A stretch of 63,229 nucleotides of DNA, filler included, from Octopus bimaculoides (lineage: Eukaryota), in NCBI RefSeq assembly GCF_001194135.2. It is 4 parts of 4 records of this genome, joined end to end, with 100 filler letters (N's around TTAATTAATTAA, not from the genome) between each part and the next. Parts side by side here need not be neighbours in the genome. Positions count along the whole stretch, not along the records: positions 44,540 to 60,391 come from NC_068984.1; positions 60,492 to 63,229 come from NC_069006.1; 2 more parts are not named here. The stretch is one strand, 5' to 3'. This document shows, piece after piece, positions 49,075-61,500 of this stretch (within the stretch, counting starts at the first letter, position 1; each line of letters starts with the position of its first letter). The notes below the pieces were generated by a model that did not search any database, had not been told where the DNA came from, and was given only the letters and a program-made list of their open reading frames with translations. The translations under genes and the position numbers were made by a program.

Positions 49075-51821
49075 TATGTGTGTGTGTATGTGTTTGTGTG
49101 TGTGTGTGTGTGTATTTGATTAATTCAAATGGCGCCAAGAAAGCCATAAGATATTGCACTGACATTCAGCTCTGTTTGCTCGCTACAACGGAAACAAGTG
49201 TAAGGCAATGAAAATGCGTACGTAACTCTTGTTTCTTTGACATTCATTAAATATGTGAGTGCATGTGTCTGTGTGCGTGTGTGTGAGTGTGTGTGTATGA
49301 GTGTGTGTATGCATGTATGCGTGCATGTATGTATACGCAGACATAGATTGGATGGTGCATGTTCAGTCCACTGCAGGTCGAATGCCTTAGCACGACCTCT
49401 CCACCAGCCACGGTGTGATGTGTAGGCCGAGAATTTGAGCTTGAACCCAGACTAGTTTGATGAGCCTACTCTGCCACACTGGGTCGAACTGGCTTGGCAG
49501 AGGGGGTTCAGTTTTTATACTTTTACCTGGTTTGTTTAGTTCATTCTGTCTTTCTGTGGTTTGCATCCTTATCTGCGCATGTATTTGCGTCTGTAGTTGT
49601 GGTTATATATGTGTGTGCGCGTGTCTATATGTTTAGCATGTGTTTTATGTGCGAGTATATGAGCTTGCTTACTACACTGCTTGTAACCATGTCTTTTATT
49701 TAGTTATTTTTTATTCGTTTTTTTTTTACTAATATATTTATTTATTCATTCATTTTTTTGTCTCATACCGCCTTTAGTATGTGCACGTGTGTCTTGTGTG
49801 TATGGGTTGATGAACTCTACTGTTTGTATTTATGCCCTTTTTCATATCACACTCTGTCTTTAGTCGTCAGGTTGCGTAGTGTTGTGGAGCGGGGAGTATT
49901 ATTATTCCATTCGTGTGTTCTGTTGAGGTTCGATCTGTCTATTACTATGTGTGTGGCTTCTGTAATCTGTCTAAGTGTCATGTCTGTCTATCTGTTGTTA
50001 ATACCTTAATATCAATGTTATTAACTGAGCCTCCATATTCTAATTAACGAGCTTTTCTCAAAGAGCCTCCGCCAATGTTCACCTACCTGCTCCTCTATGT
50101 TATATGCTGTCTCCGCAATGTATGTTGTCCTGTTTTTGCACCGTTCCTCAGTATACTATAGACTACATTCCTAATCTTACAGTTTACCTGTGGGTTCATC
50201 CTACATACTATTTTTATACACATACATGTATAAAAACATACATACAATCACACACTTATACACTGTGCACAATAACTTTTGAAGCACACATTCTAACACA
50301 CACGCACTCACATGCTAACACACGCGCAAACACATAGACGCTACACACATATAGACACACATAGATATATACTTAAAGCTACACACACACATTTGACACG
50401 ACTTAACATACACGGACATTTACAAGCACAAATACTCGTGTGCTAACGCACACATACATGCACACGCACGCACGTACGCACACACGTCCTCAGTTGATAA
50501 AATCTGGCAGAAATTCAAAATGTCGAACTGCGGAGAGAAACAGCGTCCATTCCTACGTAAACTATATTCTGTTACCCAAGTTCTATTACCACCCACAATC
50601 TAATACGACAACTACTATACGAACCAATTTTGGAGTGGCTTCGTGGCCACCCATCCTGCTAGAAATAACAGGCAAATTGCCCTCGAATCGCATCCCACCG
50701 TCTAAATAAACTACGCTTTAGGTTGCTTCGACATAGAGAGTGGAGTGAACAAAAAACAAGACATGGTGGTCACTGGTGGAAACACTTTGATCATATAGAT
50801 CTGACCAATCAAGTTTGACCTGTGGCTAGACCACAACAACATCATCAACAACAACAACAACAACAGCAACTTCTACTACTACTACTACTTCCACCAACAA
50901 ATGCCACTTCTAGCGCTGTTGCTGCTACCAACCACCACCAGAACCACCNNNNNNNNNNNNNNNNNNNNNNNNNNNNNNNNNNNNNNNNNNNNNNNNNNNN
51001 NNNNNNNNNNNNNNNNNNNNNNNNNNNNNNNNNNNNNNNNNNNNNNNNNNNNNNNNNNNNNNNNNNNNNNNNNNNNNNNNNNNNNNNNNNNNNNNNNNNN
51101 NNNNNNNNNNNNNNNNNNNNNNNNNNNNNNNNNNNNNNNNNNNNNNNNNNNNNNNNNNNNNNNNNNNNNNNNNNNNNNNNNNNNNNNNNNNNNNNNNNNN
51201 NNNNNNNNNNNNNNNNNNNNNNNNNNNNNNNNNNNNNNNNNNNNNNNNNNNNNNNNNNNNNNNNNNNNNNNNNNNNNNNNNNNNNNNNNNNNNNNNNNNN
51301 NNNNNNNNNNNNNNNNNNNNNNNNNNNNNNNNNNNNNNNNNNNNNNNNNNNNNNNNNNNNNNNNNNNNNNNNNNNNNNNNNNNNNNNNNNNNNNNNNNNN
51401 NNNNNNNNNNNNNNNNNNNNNNNNNNNNNNNNNNNNNNNNNNNNNNNNNNNNNNNNNNNNNNNNNNNNNNNNNNNNNNGTGGTGGTGGCGGCAATGGTGT
51501 TGTTCGTTTTGAGGGTGGTGTTGGTGTTAGTAGAGATACCAGCTGCTCGAGAAGTAATTCTAACGATCACATTGTTGCTATTATGCAAAAGTGTCGTAAG
51601 TCCAAAACGTTGCTTTTTCAGAAAACGAGAAAATAGTTTCACCATTCCATAGCAAAATCGTTCTACTACACTTTGATAATTTTTGATATCTTGGCATCTG
51701 AAGCAGCTGGAGATATGATAGTTTGACCAAAAGAACCGGTTAATGCAAGCAAAAATAAATGCTGAAAAAATCGCATATGACAGTTTAACATAATAACAAT
51801 AACATATTTGCTTCGAGTTTT

Positions 51822-51863
<42 letters not shown>

Positions 51864-51897
51864 CACTGTTGCTGTGGTTATTATCAAAAGGCGAAGG

Positions 51898-52231
51898 AAG
51901 GCGACGAACTGGCAGAATCGATAGCACGCCGGGCGATATGCTTAGCGACATTTCGTCTGCTTTACGTTTTTGATTTGAAATTCCACCGAAGTCGACTTCA
52001 CCACTATAAGAGGGTGAAAGAAGATGGTGAGCTGGCGGAATTGTAAGCACGCCGGGCAAAATGCTTAGCGGCATTTTAACGTTCTGAGCTAAATTCTGCC
52101 GAGGTCGACTTTGCCTTTCATCCTTTCGGGGTCGATAAAATAAGTACCAGTTGAGCACTGGGGTCATTGTAACCGACTTATCCTCTCCCTCGAAATTTCT
52201 GGCCTGGTGCCAAAATTTGAAACCATTATTA
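51898..52231 (+). mobile_element. SINE family B, head fragment plus full copy in tandem
   Basis: Two GGCAGAATCG/GGCGGAATTG..AGCACGCCGGGC heads; the second continues GAGGTCGACTTTGCCTTTCATCCTTTCGGGGTCGATAAAATAAGTACCAG. Confidence 0.88.
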
Positions 52232-52426
52232 GTAGGAAATGGGATGTAATTGGTTAGGAGGACTTTAAAGCGTCGGGGAAAATGCTTTGCTGTATTAGTT
52301 CTGGCTGTTTACGTTGTGTGTTCAAACCGAATTCAACTTCATCACTTGCGTTAATCTTGAAAACTCTCTTTAAAATTTTTCAGATATTGTTTGTAACATT
52401 GGCCTTTACTTTTGTATTAAATGCGT

Positions 52427-52609
52427 AATTCAAAGGGTCAGCCTTGTCACACTGTGTCACGCTGATTATCCCCGAGAACTACGTTAAGGGTACACGTGTC
52501 TGAGGAGTGCTCAGCCACTTGCACGTTAATTTCACGAGCAGGCTGTTCCGTTGATCGGATCAACTGGAACCCTTGACGTCGTAAACGACGGAGTGCCAAC
52601 AAACAAACA
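52427..52609 (+). mobile_element. SINE family A, 5'-truncated, with 8-bp TSD
   Basis: Only the 3' half is present; AAATGCGT at 52419-52426 and 52610-52617. Confidence 0.88.
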
Positions 52610-52859
52610 AAATGCGTTTACAATTACTATGTTTCTGCAGTCCTTTGCATAGCTGTGTTCAATAGTCGAGATATGCTTTCCTCCACTAGTAGTTGTTATT
52701 GGGTTTACGTAGCCACAAGTCAGCTCTAATCAAGCAAAGGAATGCTATGGCATGTCCATGCATTTTTCAGGGATAGTGTACCCCAGACTTTATTAACCAA
52801 CCTGATATTTCGTTTTTTTTTTCTGACACTTGGCGGTGATCTTATGCTGCTGTTCACAG

Positions 52860-52917
52860 GAGGTCGAACGAACTCGAAAGCGAGTAGCAGAGAAGGAAGA
52901 AGCCAGATTGTTGACAG
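52860..52917 (+). CDS. Candidate 58-bp coding exon (EVERTRKRVAEKEEARLLT) of an unidentified gene
   Basis: T-tract and CTGAC branch-like motif, TGTTCACAG| acceptor, open charged helical peptide, AG|GCAAGG GC-type donor; no other exon identified. Confidence 0.4.
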
Positions 52918-53678
52918 GCAAGGCCGAAATCTGCGTTTTGTCCGTCGCTTCACCGATTTTACTTACGCAAGGCTTAATTATAATTCATTTAAATCATTGT
53001 ACCACCACCCACTTGGTTTTCTGGGAAGGAAATTTTTTCCATTTCTCAATTTCTTTTGAAGTATATAAATCTTTGTGACACAGAATCAGTTATCGGTCGA
53101 CAGATTTCAATGCCTTAAACCATTTTAAGACTGAACAAACTCAAGGGACAATGTCTCGACAAAATCAGAAACACTATTGTTATATAGGATTAAGCATTTG
53201 TTTGCACTAAAACAACTCTATTCTCCTTCGTTTAGACTTTCCATCTCCTCCACCCACAAGAAACATAATAGGCGAAACGCGCCACATATGGAAAGTAAGC
53301 AACACTTTTTAATATAATTCTATAATCAATAGCAGTGTACTCTGCTTGTGTAAACTATAAATAGCAGTTTATTTTCATGCTGCATCACAAAGTATTGTAC
53401 TGTATCACACAATATTATTACTGCATTACATTGACAGAAACACAAAACAAACAAAACAAACGAGAAAACTGTTTAAAGAGGAAATGTCATTTCCTCTACA
53501 ATTCACCAATGTTATATTATTTCTAACGTGAATATTAAAACTTCCCGCCTTTCGTCGAAATCGTAATGGACACTAATGCTAAGTGAATTGTTAACGGACT
53601 ACCATAAGGACGTATTGCTTGCGTTTGCATACACCATTGTGTCATAATATGCGACAATAGACGAATGCCCACAACACA

Positions 53679-53711
<33 letters not shown>

Positions 53712-53932
53712 CTGTTGGCCTTTGTGTGTGAGTGTATGTGCGTGACGCGTGCGTGTGTGTCTAAGTATAAATAAAATGAGCACTGTAGCTTGCTCGAAAC
53801 ATTGTGATAAAGAAGTAACATAGCAAATAATACAGACGGTTAGCGTCTTACAATGCGTTCATTCTTCGCATTGTAAGAAGCTCACCGTCTTGATTATTTA
53901 TTATGTTACGTAATCACACACACACACACACA

Positions 53933-53976
<44 letters not shown>

Positions 53977-54519
53977 NNNNNNNNNNNNNNNNNNNNNNNN
54001 NNNNNNNNNNNNNNNNNNNNNNNNNNNNNNNNNNNNNNNNNNNNNNNNNNNNNNNNNNNNNNNNNNNNNNNNNNNNNNNNNNNNNNNNNNNNNNNNNNNN
54101 NNNNNNNNNNNNNNNNNNNNNNNNNNNNNNNNNNNNNNNNNNNNNNNNNNNNNNNNNNNNNNNNNNNNNNNNNNNNNNNNNNNNNNNNNNNNNNNNNNNN
54201 NNNNNNNNNNNNNNNNNNNNNNNNNNNNNNNNNNNNNNNNNNNNNNNNNNNNNNNNNNNNNNNNNNNNNNNNNNNNNNNNNNNNNNNNNNNNNNNNNNNN
54301 NNNNNNNNNNNNNNNNNNNNNNNNNNTGTATGTCGTCATCAGTTTTTTTTTTGTGTCTTAAAATGTCAATTTCCTCCTGAGTGAGTGACTCGCCCATGTT
54401 GATGACGTTGACGACTGAGAAGGCTAACCTTCACATAAAATAGGTGGGAACAAAGATGGCAAAAAAAAGATACGATAGAAAAAATGCTTGTTGCTGCTGC
54501 ATGTTGCATTCTTTGTTTT

Positions 54520-55058
54520 TTCCATAATTTGAATCTTAAGCATTAAAGATTTCATTTATACATTTCTATGCGTATATACTTTTTGAATGCCCATTATTCC
54601 GATAATTCTGCGTTTTTACAGTTACACTTTTTCCATGGCAGTAGGTAATTTTTTTTTATTCCACAACATATTTGTAGTGGCTTCATGCAGGCATAGTATA
54701 GATTCGATCCTCGATTGCCAAATTTCACTGAACACTTCAACAGCGCTTTTCTCACGGTAAAACAATAGTTTTTTCCTTGAATGACAGCAGTTATACATTT
54801 CCCAGATGCTTTCGCTAAGCAGAATAATGTCTTTGCCTCTCGTCAACCTCCGACAACCTCTCTCACCAACCTCCGACAACCTCTCTCACCATCCTCCAAC
54901 AATCTCTCACTCCTCCAGCTGACAGTTTTTTGTACTTTTTCGTGGTGGAAAATACACCTTTTGTGGCAGTTATAACTAAATTGCTTTCTTATATCAGAGT
55001 AATAAGGCGTTTCAATAGAACATCTTTACCCCCGAGAATTACCGGGTACACCAGCTAG
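54520..55058 (+). mobile_element. Helitron-type 3' portion (non-autonomous) with internal 23-bp tandem repeat
   Basis: Hairpin CCCCGAGAATTACCGGG, then CTAG at 55055-55058 followed by (TA)n; internal repeat CAACCTCCGACAACCTCTCTCAC x~3 at 54844-54910. The 5' limit is uncertain. Confidence 0.62.
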
Positions 55059-55492
55059 TATATATATNNNNNNNNNNNNNNNNNNNNNNNNNNNNNNNNN
55101 NNNNNNNNNNNNNNNNNNNNNNNNNNNNNNNNNNNNNNNNNNNNNNNNNNNNNNNNNNNNNNNNNNNNNNNNNNNNNNNNNNNNNNNNNNNNNNNNNNNN
55201 NNNNNNNNNNNNNNNNNNNNNNNNNNNNNNNNNNNNNNNNNNNNNNNNNNNNNNNNNNNNNNNNNNNNNNNNNNNNNNNNNNNNNNNNNNNNNNNNNNNN
55301 NNNNNNNNNNNNNNNNNNNNNNNNNNNNNNNNNNNNNNNNNNNNNNNNNNNNNNNNNNNNNNNNNNNNNNNNNNNNNNNNNNNNNNNNNNNNNNNNNNNN
55401 NNNNNNNNNNNNNNNNNNNNNNNNNNNNNNNNNNNNNNNNNNNNNNNNNNNNNNNNNNNNNNNNNNNNNNNNNNNNNNNNNNNNNNNNNNNN

Positions 55493-55846
55493 AGTGGGGG
55501 AGCATCATAGCCATGTGTTGAGAGGAATTCTTTGGGGTTTGAATAATTCACCTTTGGAAACATGGGTGTTTTGCTCAACATCCTTAAACAAGCCTTATTC
55601 AGGGACCTTTTGAGCAGGATGGGCTACTCGACCTGAAGAAAATTCTAACTGGGCCCCACCTGCGAGGTCATGCGCTGTTTATCTTGATATGAGATCACCA
55701 TGTTGCGCACATATGGTTGTGATGCATGTGCCTGGTGTACCCTTATCAGACGGGTAGTCATGATGGGTATAATGGGCTTCGTATATTTTACCCCAGTGTC
55801 ACTTTGATGGCATGCACTGCTCTCTCACTCAATAATAATAATAATA
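55493..55846 (+). mobile_element. Probable non-LTR retroelement 3' region with (AAT)n tail
   Basis: GC-richer unique-looking block ending CTCTCTCACTC(AAT)5; 5' end lost in a gap; no ORF. Confidence 0.45.
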
Positions 55847-55926
55847 TCTTTACGAGTATCTGTTTTGAATATTTACTCATTCTTATATGTGTGTGTGTGT
55901 GTGAGAGAGAGAGAAAGAGAGAGAGA

Positions 55927-56133
55927 GTGTGGCGTGTGTATGTGTTTATCCTTCTGTTTGTCCCCCACTACCGCTTGAGATCCGGTATTGGTGTGTTTAC
56001 GTCCCCGTAACCTATCGGCTCGGCAAAAGAGACCGAAAGAACAAGTTCTAGGCTTTAAACAAAAGTCCTGGTATCTTTGCTGGACTAAAGCCCTTCACGG
56101 CCGCAGTCAAATCACTGAAATAAAAAATAAAAG
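55927..56133 (+). mobile_element. SINE family C 3' fragment
   Basis: TTTGTCCCCCAC ... GGTGTGTTTACGTCCCCGTAAC ... GGCAAAAGAGACCG ... CGGCCGCAGTCAAAT. Confidence 0.8.
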
Positions 56134-56151
56134 CGTAAAAGAATACGTACA

Positions 56152-56182
<31 letters not shown>

Positions 56183-57632
56183 GTTTATACAGGTTATGTG
56201 CTGATGTCTAAATTCAAATTGAAAAGCATTATTTCGCTGTTAGTGATAGTTTTATCTTTAGGTGAGATTTTGAAAAATTAAAACTAGAAGAACCCGTATA
56301 TACGCATACTTTTAGTTAGACATGACGAAAGATATTTGTACAAAGCAAGTATATCCGCTATCTTGTATCAGAAGGTGCATATCTAGTGCGGTCAGGGCAC
56401 ACACTTTATCTAGTTTTACGCTGGGTCAATGCAAACAGCAAGCTGTGGCAGACGATTTCTCTTGCAGCCATTAAACAAAAATGAAGAAAAAAACAAAGAA
56501 CTTTTACTTTTGTCGCTCTCGTGCTTTCATCACCACCATCACTACCATCACCATTACCATCATCACCATCATCATCCTTGACTATCACCACCACCACCAC
56601 CACCACCACCACCATTATCATCGTCNNNNNNNNNNNNNNNNNNNNNNNNNNNNNNNNNNNNNNNNNNNNNNNNNNNNNNNNNNNNNNNNNNNNNNNNNNN
56701 NNNNNNNNNNNNNNNNNNNNNNNNNNNNNNNNNNNNNNNNNNNNNNNNNNNNNNNNNNNNNNNNNNNNNNNNNNNNNNNNNNNNNNNNNNNNNNNNNNNN
56801 NNNNNNNNNNNNNNNNNNNNNNNNNNNNNNNNNNNNNNNNNNNNNNNNNNNNNNNNNNNNNNNNNNNNNNNNNNNNNNNNNNNNNNNNNNNNNNNNNNNN
56901 NNNNNNNNNNNNNNNNNNNNNNNNNNNNNNNNNNNNNNNNNNNNNNNNNNNNNNNNNNNNNNNNNNNNNNNNNNNNNNNNNNNNNNNNNNNNNNNNNNNN
57001 NNNNNNNNNNNNNNNNNNNNNNNNNNNNNNNNNNNNNNNNNNNNNNNNNNNNNNNNNNNNNNNNNNNNNNNNNNNNNNNNNNNNNNNNNNNNNNNNNNNN
57101 NNNNNNNNNNNNNNNNNNNNNNNNNNACCACCACCACTTCCATCACCGTCACCGCCACCATCTCCGTCACAAAAGCAATTATCTACACCAGCACTACACA
57201 ACAGCATAACCTCGGAATTAAACAAAATGCGCACATCACCATACACACAACATTAAATACCCACGGAAAACATTGCCAACTCGAACACAATGCAAATTTG
57301 CACACGCACACGCACACGTCCACACAGTCACAGAAACATACACTTAGACACACGTACAAATCTATAAGCTTGTAGAAAATATACACACAGAATTTCTGCA
57401 TATATGCCACCGGCATATGGCTGGGGATAGTTGAAGGTTACACTACACTAAGATATATAAACATTCTGTGTATTTATAGTTAAAAACATATGGTGAAGTT
57501 CGGTCCTTTAAGGTGTATATGTATGTGTGTATATATACACACACACACACGTCCTTACACTTACAGCTATAATGTCAGGGAGTGTGTGTTTATTAATAAC
57601 AATGTACTCAATACAGATTTAAGGGTTAAATA

Positions 57633-57669
<37 letters not shown>

Positions 57670-58409
57670 CTGTGTGTGTGTGTATATATGTATATATGTA
57701 GATTCTATATGCGTACACATACAGATAAACACACACACACATGTACATACATATGCATCTGTAGCTTTATCGCTATCTACCTATCTGTCTCTGTCTGTCT
57801 GAACTTTTTTATATTTTCATTATTCATACCTGTTTCAATAGGTAGCGTGGACTTAACAGTTGTTCAACCTGTACTCAAGTAGAGTAATATATCAGTTGTA
57901 TAAAGTTACAACTTGGTCTGGTTTTCACGTTTATTATTATTGTACTTTTTAAAAATTTTTTACAACGTTGAAGTGTGTTGAAAATATTTAGTAATGTTCA
58001 TAAAGTTCAATTGGCGCTTTCATACGTTCATAGTAATCATCAGATTTTAAAATGTATTGACTGACGGTTGAGGGGAGTTCGTGACAACTGTAGTGAAATG
58101 ACATCGTCTTCCTTTTTATACCTTTTAGAAGGCTCCGACGAGCTGAATTTTTCGAATACGGTTTTGATCAATCAGCATGTAGCTTAAACGTCACGGTTTG
58201 TCGGGCGCACCGATATTACTGGTATAGGTCCCGCTTTTATGTTAGCCAATTAGCTTGCGGTTTACATGTAATGGTTTTATGAGTGAGAAAACTTAGTTGG
58301 TTTCGATCGTTTTCATTTCAATCGGTGGGAGTCTTCTGTAATTTGTTTATATTCATATATTAAAGATATTTTTTATACACATCATTAACTAATTGTTATA
58401 CTATTGTTA

Positions 58410-58868
58410 TTTCTGTTCAGAACAGGTTTGAACATTTTAATGAAACGTTTTGCTTTTATTTTTCTTCCAACCTCACTTGTGTCATGTAGTTTGTGGAAAG
58501 GAAAAATTAGAAACATTTTCTGACCACGTTTCAATATGTCCGCTCAATGGAGTTTGGCGAACATTGGTGTACCGGATTTGTTGTCTGTGAAGTCGTGAGC
58601 GTTCCGATAATGCATTCCCTGTCTCATCAATGTATAGTTCTTCACAATTAGGGCATTTAATGCAGTAAATATGATTTCTGCTTTTGCAGTTCAATTCTGC
58701 ATTTGTAAAAATCTGCCCATTTTTTGTTCTAATGGATCTACTAGTATACATGTATTGACACGTTCCACATCGGTTATCGTTACACTTGGATATTGTGAAT
58801 GTTTTATCCTGTTTGTTCGTGTTGAATTTTGCCTTTGTTAACAGTTTCTTTAGGTTATGTGGGTTACT
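58410..58868 (-). mobile_element. PLE GIY-YIG endonuclease fragment with Cys-rich linker (Neptune-like)
   Basis: Translation NPHNLKKLLTKAKF...KCNDNRCGTCQY...LNCKSRNHIYCIKCPNCEELYIDETG...RLHRQQIR...PLSGHI; after a frameshift FPFHKL...KRFIKMFKPVLN. Confidence 0.88.
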
Positions 58869-59032
58869 AAGCTAACAGCATTAGATTCCTTGGAAAAAAG
58901 CAGCGAATGTATACGAAAGCAAGGACGAAAAAAACCGAGGAAGTTACACACATACAAATAACAGGACATAGCAACAGGTGTCTTTCGACTAAGAACCAAT
59001 TAAATTGAACTGGCGTGTGTGGAAGTAAAGCC

Positions 59033-59098
<66 letters not shown>

Positions 59099-59519
59099 CA
59101 AAGGAGTAAAGAAAACAGCTTTTTTCCCACTTTTTTTTTCATACAAACGCTTATAAAACAACGCACCTATCCACATGTATTACAACTATACCCACTTTTT
59201 GTTTCAATTATAAAAACTACAAAAGAACCTTGATGCTCTACCGCCATAAATGTTTTCCTTTATTGATTTTTTTGTTTATACATTCTAATTTGCCGTAATT
59301 TCGTGGTCGAATTAAAAATAAATACATTTAAATGGTCGATGAAATGTAACTAAAGTGCATAAATTTACACCCTTTTAGCGTGTGTGTCGATCCTCCTGTC
59401 ACTCATATCTTACCTCTCTTCTCTCCCCTTTCCCATCTCCCTCCCACAACTTTACTGTCATCCTTCTCTGAGTTGATGCCGTTGCTAAGAAGACATATTG
59501 TAGACACGGTACAAAAGCA

Positions 59520-59655
59520 AACACGCGTTGATTTAGTGCAATAAGGGTTGTGTAAATCACGTGTTAAAATGGCGGTTGAATCCCAGCTTGAGAATATAGG
59601 CCGTGACGTTCGTGCTAAGCGGAAGTCCTTCATATAGATCATTCTTCCGCATCGC
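59520..59655. promoter_or_regulatory. Candidate housekeeping-type promoter motif cluster
   Basis: CACGTG (59558), AAAATGGCGG YY1-type (59566-59575), TGACGT (59604), GCGGAAGT (59619) and CTTCCGC (59644) ETS-type, in CpG-rich non-repetitive DNA. Confidence 0.4.
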
Positions 59656-59898
59656 CACACAACTGTGTACGAACTCACATTCATACTATTTATTCAAACA
59701 TGCACACATCTTATACAAACTCTGACTCAAACGCATACACTGCACACAAGCATAAATAAACATATAAATACACGCATATACATAGTCACTCGTTCATACA
59801 CATATGTTGACTCACAAACACATTTGTTTCTCTTTTCATTGGTATACGCATCCGCATTTACACACAAACACACATGCTGGAACATATATACAAAGACT

Positions 59899-59978
59899 CA
59901 TCCATCCATCCATCCATCCATCCATCCATCCATCCATCCATCCATCCATCCATCCATCCATCCATCCATCCATCCATC
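59899..59978. repeat. (CATC)n microsatellite
   Basis: Pure CATC array. Confidence 0.97.
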
Positions 59979-60152
59979 CGTGTGTGTGTGTGTGTATGGT
60001 GAAGCAAACAGGAAAAACAGAACTCAAAATATGAGTACATGTATATTTTTATTAATATTAAGCAGAAGCAACAGAGCGTTTCGTTCGTCGGAACTTTTCG
60101 ATATAGATAGACAGATAGATAGATAGATATATAGGTAAAGTTAGATAGATAT

Positions 60153-60391
60153 ATAGATACATTTCTTTTATTAGCCACACAGGGCTCAACGAAGATGGGA
60201 CAAATACAATGTAGAGCTTTTCTTTTTGGGAGGGGGAAGGAAGGAAAAAAAAAAAAAAAATTGGTGGTGTCGATCAAAAGGGATCATAGGAAGGGAAAAA
60301 GGGGCAGTTCGATCAAAAGGGATCGAAAAAAAAGAAAAGGAAAGGCCGATCAATAGGGATCGTGTATCACACAGTAATGTTCTCGTGTAAA
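60153..60391 (-). repeat. Dispersed repeat, copy 2
   Basis: See 45070-45235; three CGATCAAAAGGGATC-type units. Confidence 0.9.
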
Positions 60392-60491
60392 NNNNNNNNN
60401 NNNNNNNNNNNNNNNNNNNNNNNNNNNNNNNNNNNTTAATTAATTAANNNNNNNNNNNNNNNNNNNNNNNNNNNNNNNNNNNNNNNNNNNN
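60392..60491. other. Artificial scaffold-join spacer
   Basis: 44 N + TTAATTAATTAA + 44 N. Confidence 0.95.
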
Positions 60492-61049
60492 ACATATATG
60501 TATGAATATACAGACTCACACACACATATATATACATATATGTCTGTATACATGGTGTGTTTGTGTGTGTATACAAAAGTAAAGGAGGGAGAAAATTAGT
60601 AATACATGCATACATATGCATATATACATACATATTTCTGTATGCATATTTATAAACATATGCATACCCATATACGATATAAATATTCTGTAAATATATA
60701 TTTATATATACACGTATGCGCACGTAATGTACGTATATACACATACACACAGACACACATACTGGTTTATGTATTTACGTAATCCATACATATATATACA
60801 TTCGTAATATCTGGCGTATAATGAATATGGATGTATAAATGATTGAAGTACGAGTGCAAGGGCTATAACAACAAGCGGTGTTATTACCATGAACATGACC
60901 ACGATCGGCAGTAGTAGTAGTAGTAGTAGTGGCCTTATAGTGACGAAGAAGATGATGGTGGTGATGATGATGATGATGACATAACTCGAGAACTGAATTG
61001 AGCATTAGCTTTCGAAAATCCCAGCGGAGCTTTTGTTAGCGGTTTTTTT

Positions 61050-61076
61050 TTTTGTTCCTGCAATCCTTCCTGCTGT

Positions 61077-61108
<32 letters not shown>

Positions 61109-61500
61109 TTGTTGTTGTTGTTGCTGTTTGTGTTGTTGTTATTGCTGTTTCTGTATTACTGTTAGCGTTGTTGTTGGTGTTGTTGTTGATAGTGGTGGTG
61201 GTGGTGCTGTTGTTAGCGTGTGGGTTCCCGTAATCGTCACCGTTATTTGTTGTTGTTGTTGTTGTTTTCATTATTGCTGTTGTTTACGTTGTTGTTGCAA
61301 TTGATAATGGTAATGTTAGTCTTTTTGTTCCTGTAATGGTTGTTGTTTATTTTGTTTTTTTTTTGTTGTCTGTTGGTGTTTTCTTTATTATTGCTTTTTA
61401 TGTTGCTTTTGTTGGTGACGCTATTAGTGTTTTTGTTCCTGTAACCGTCGTTTGTTGTTGTTGTTGTTTTAGTTGTTATTGTTGTTGTTATTGTTGTTAA
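61050..61500. repeat. (GTT)n/(GCT)n low-complexity tract
   Basis: Degenerate trinucleotide repeats. Confidence 0.93.

Noticed and set aside
49440-49510. Second hammerhead (TTGATGA...GGTCGAAC within a two-stem fold)
   Set aside because: The core deviates (UUGAUGA, GAAC), stem II is poor, and no NUH with stem I can be placed; only the CTCTGCCA/TGGCAGAG and TGAACCC/GGGTTCA stems are real.
50822-50948. PolyQ/polyL peptide suggesting a transcription factor exon
   Set aside because: It derives from (CAA)n/(CTA)n microsatellites next to a gap.
58250-58345. Hammerhead in the putative PLE pLTR (stem plus GAAA on the minus strand)
   Set aside because: No CUGANGA adjoins the stem, and no cleavage triplet or stem I was found.
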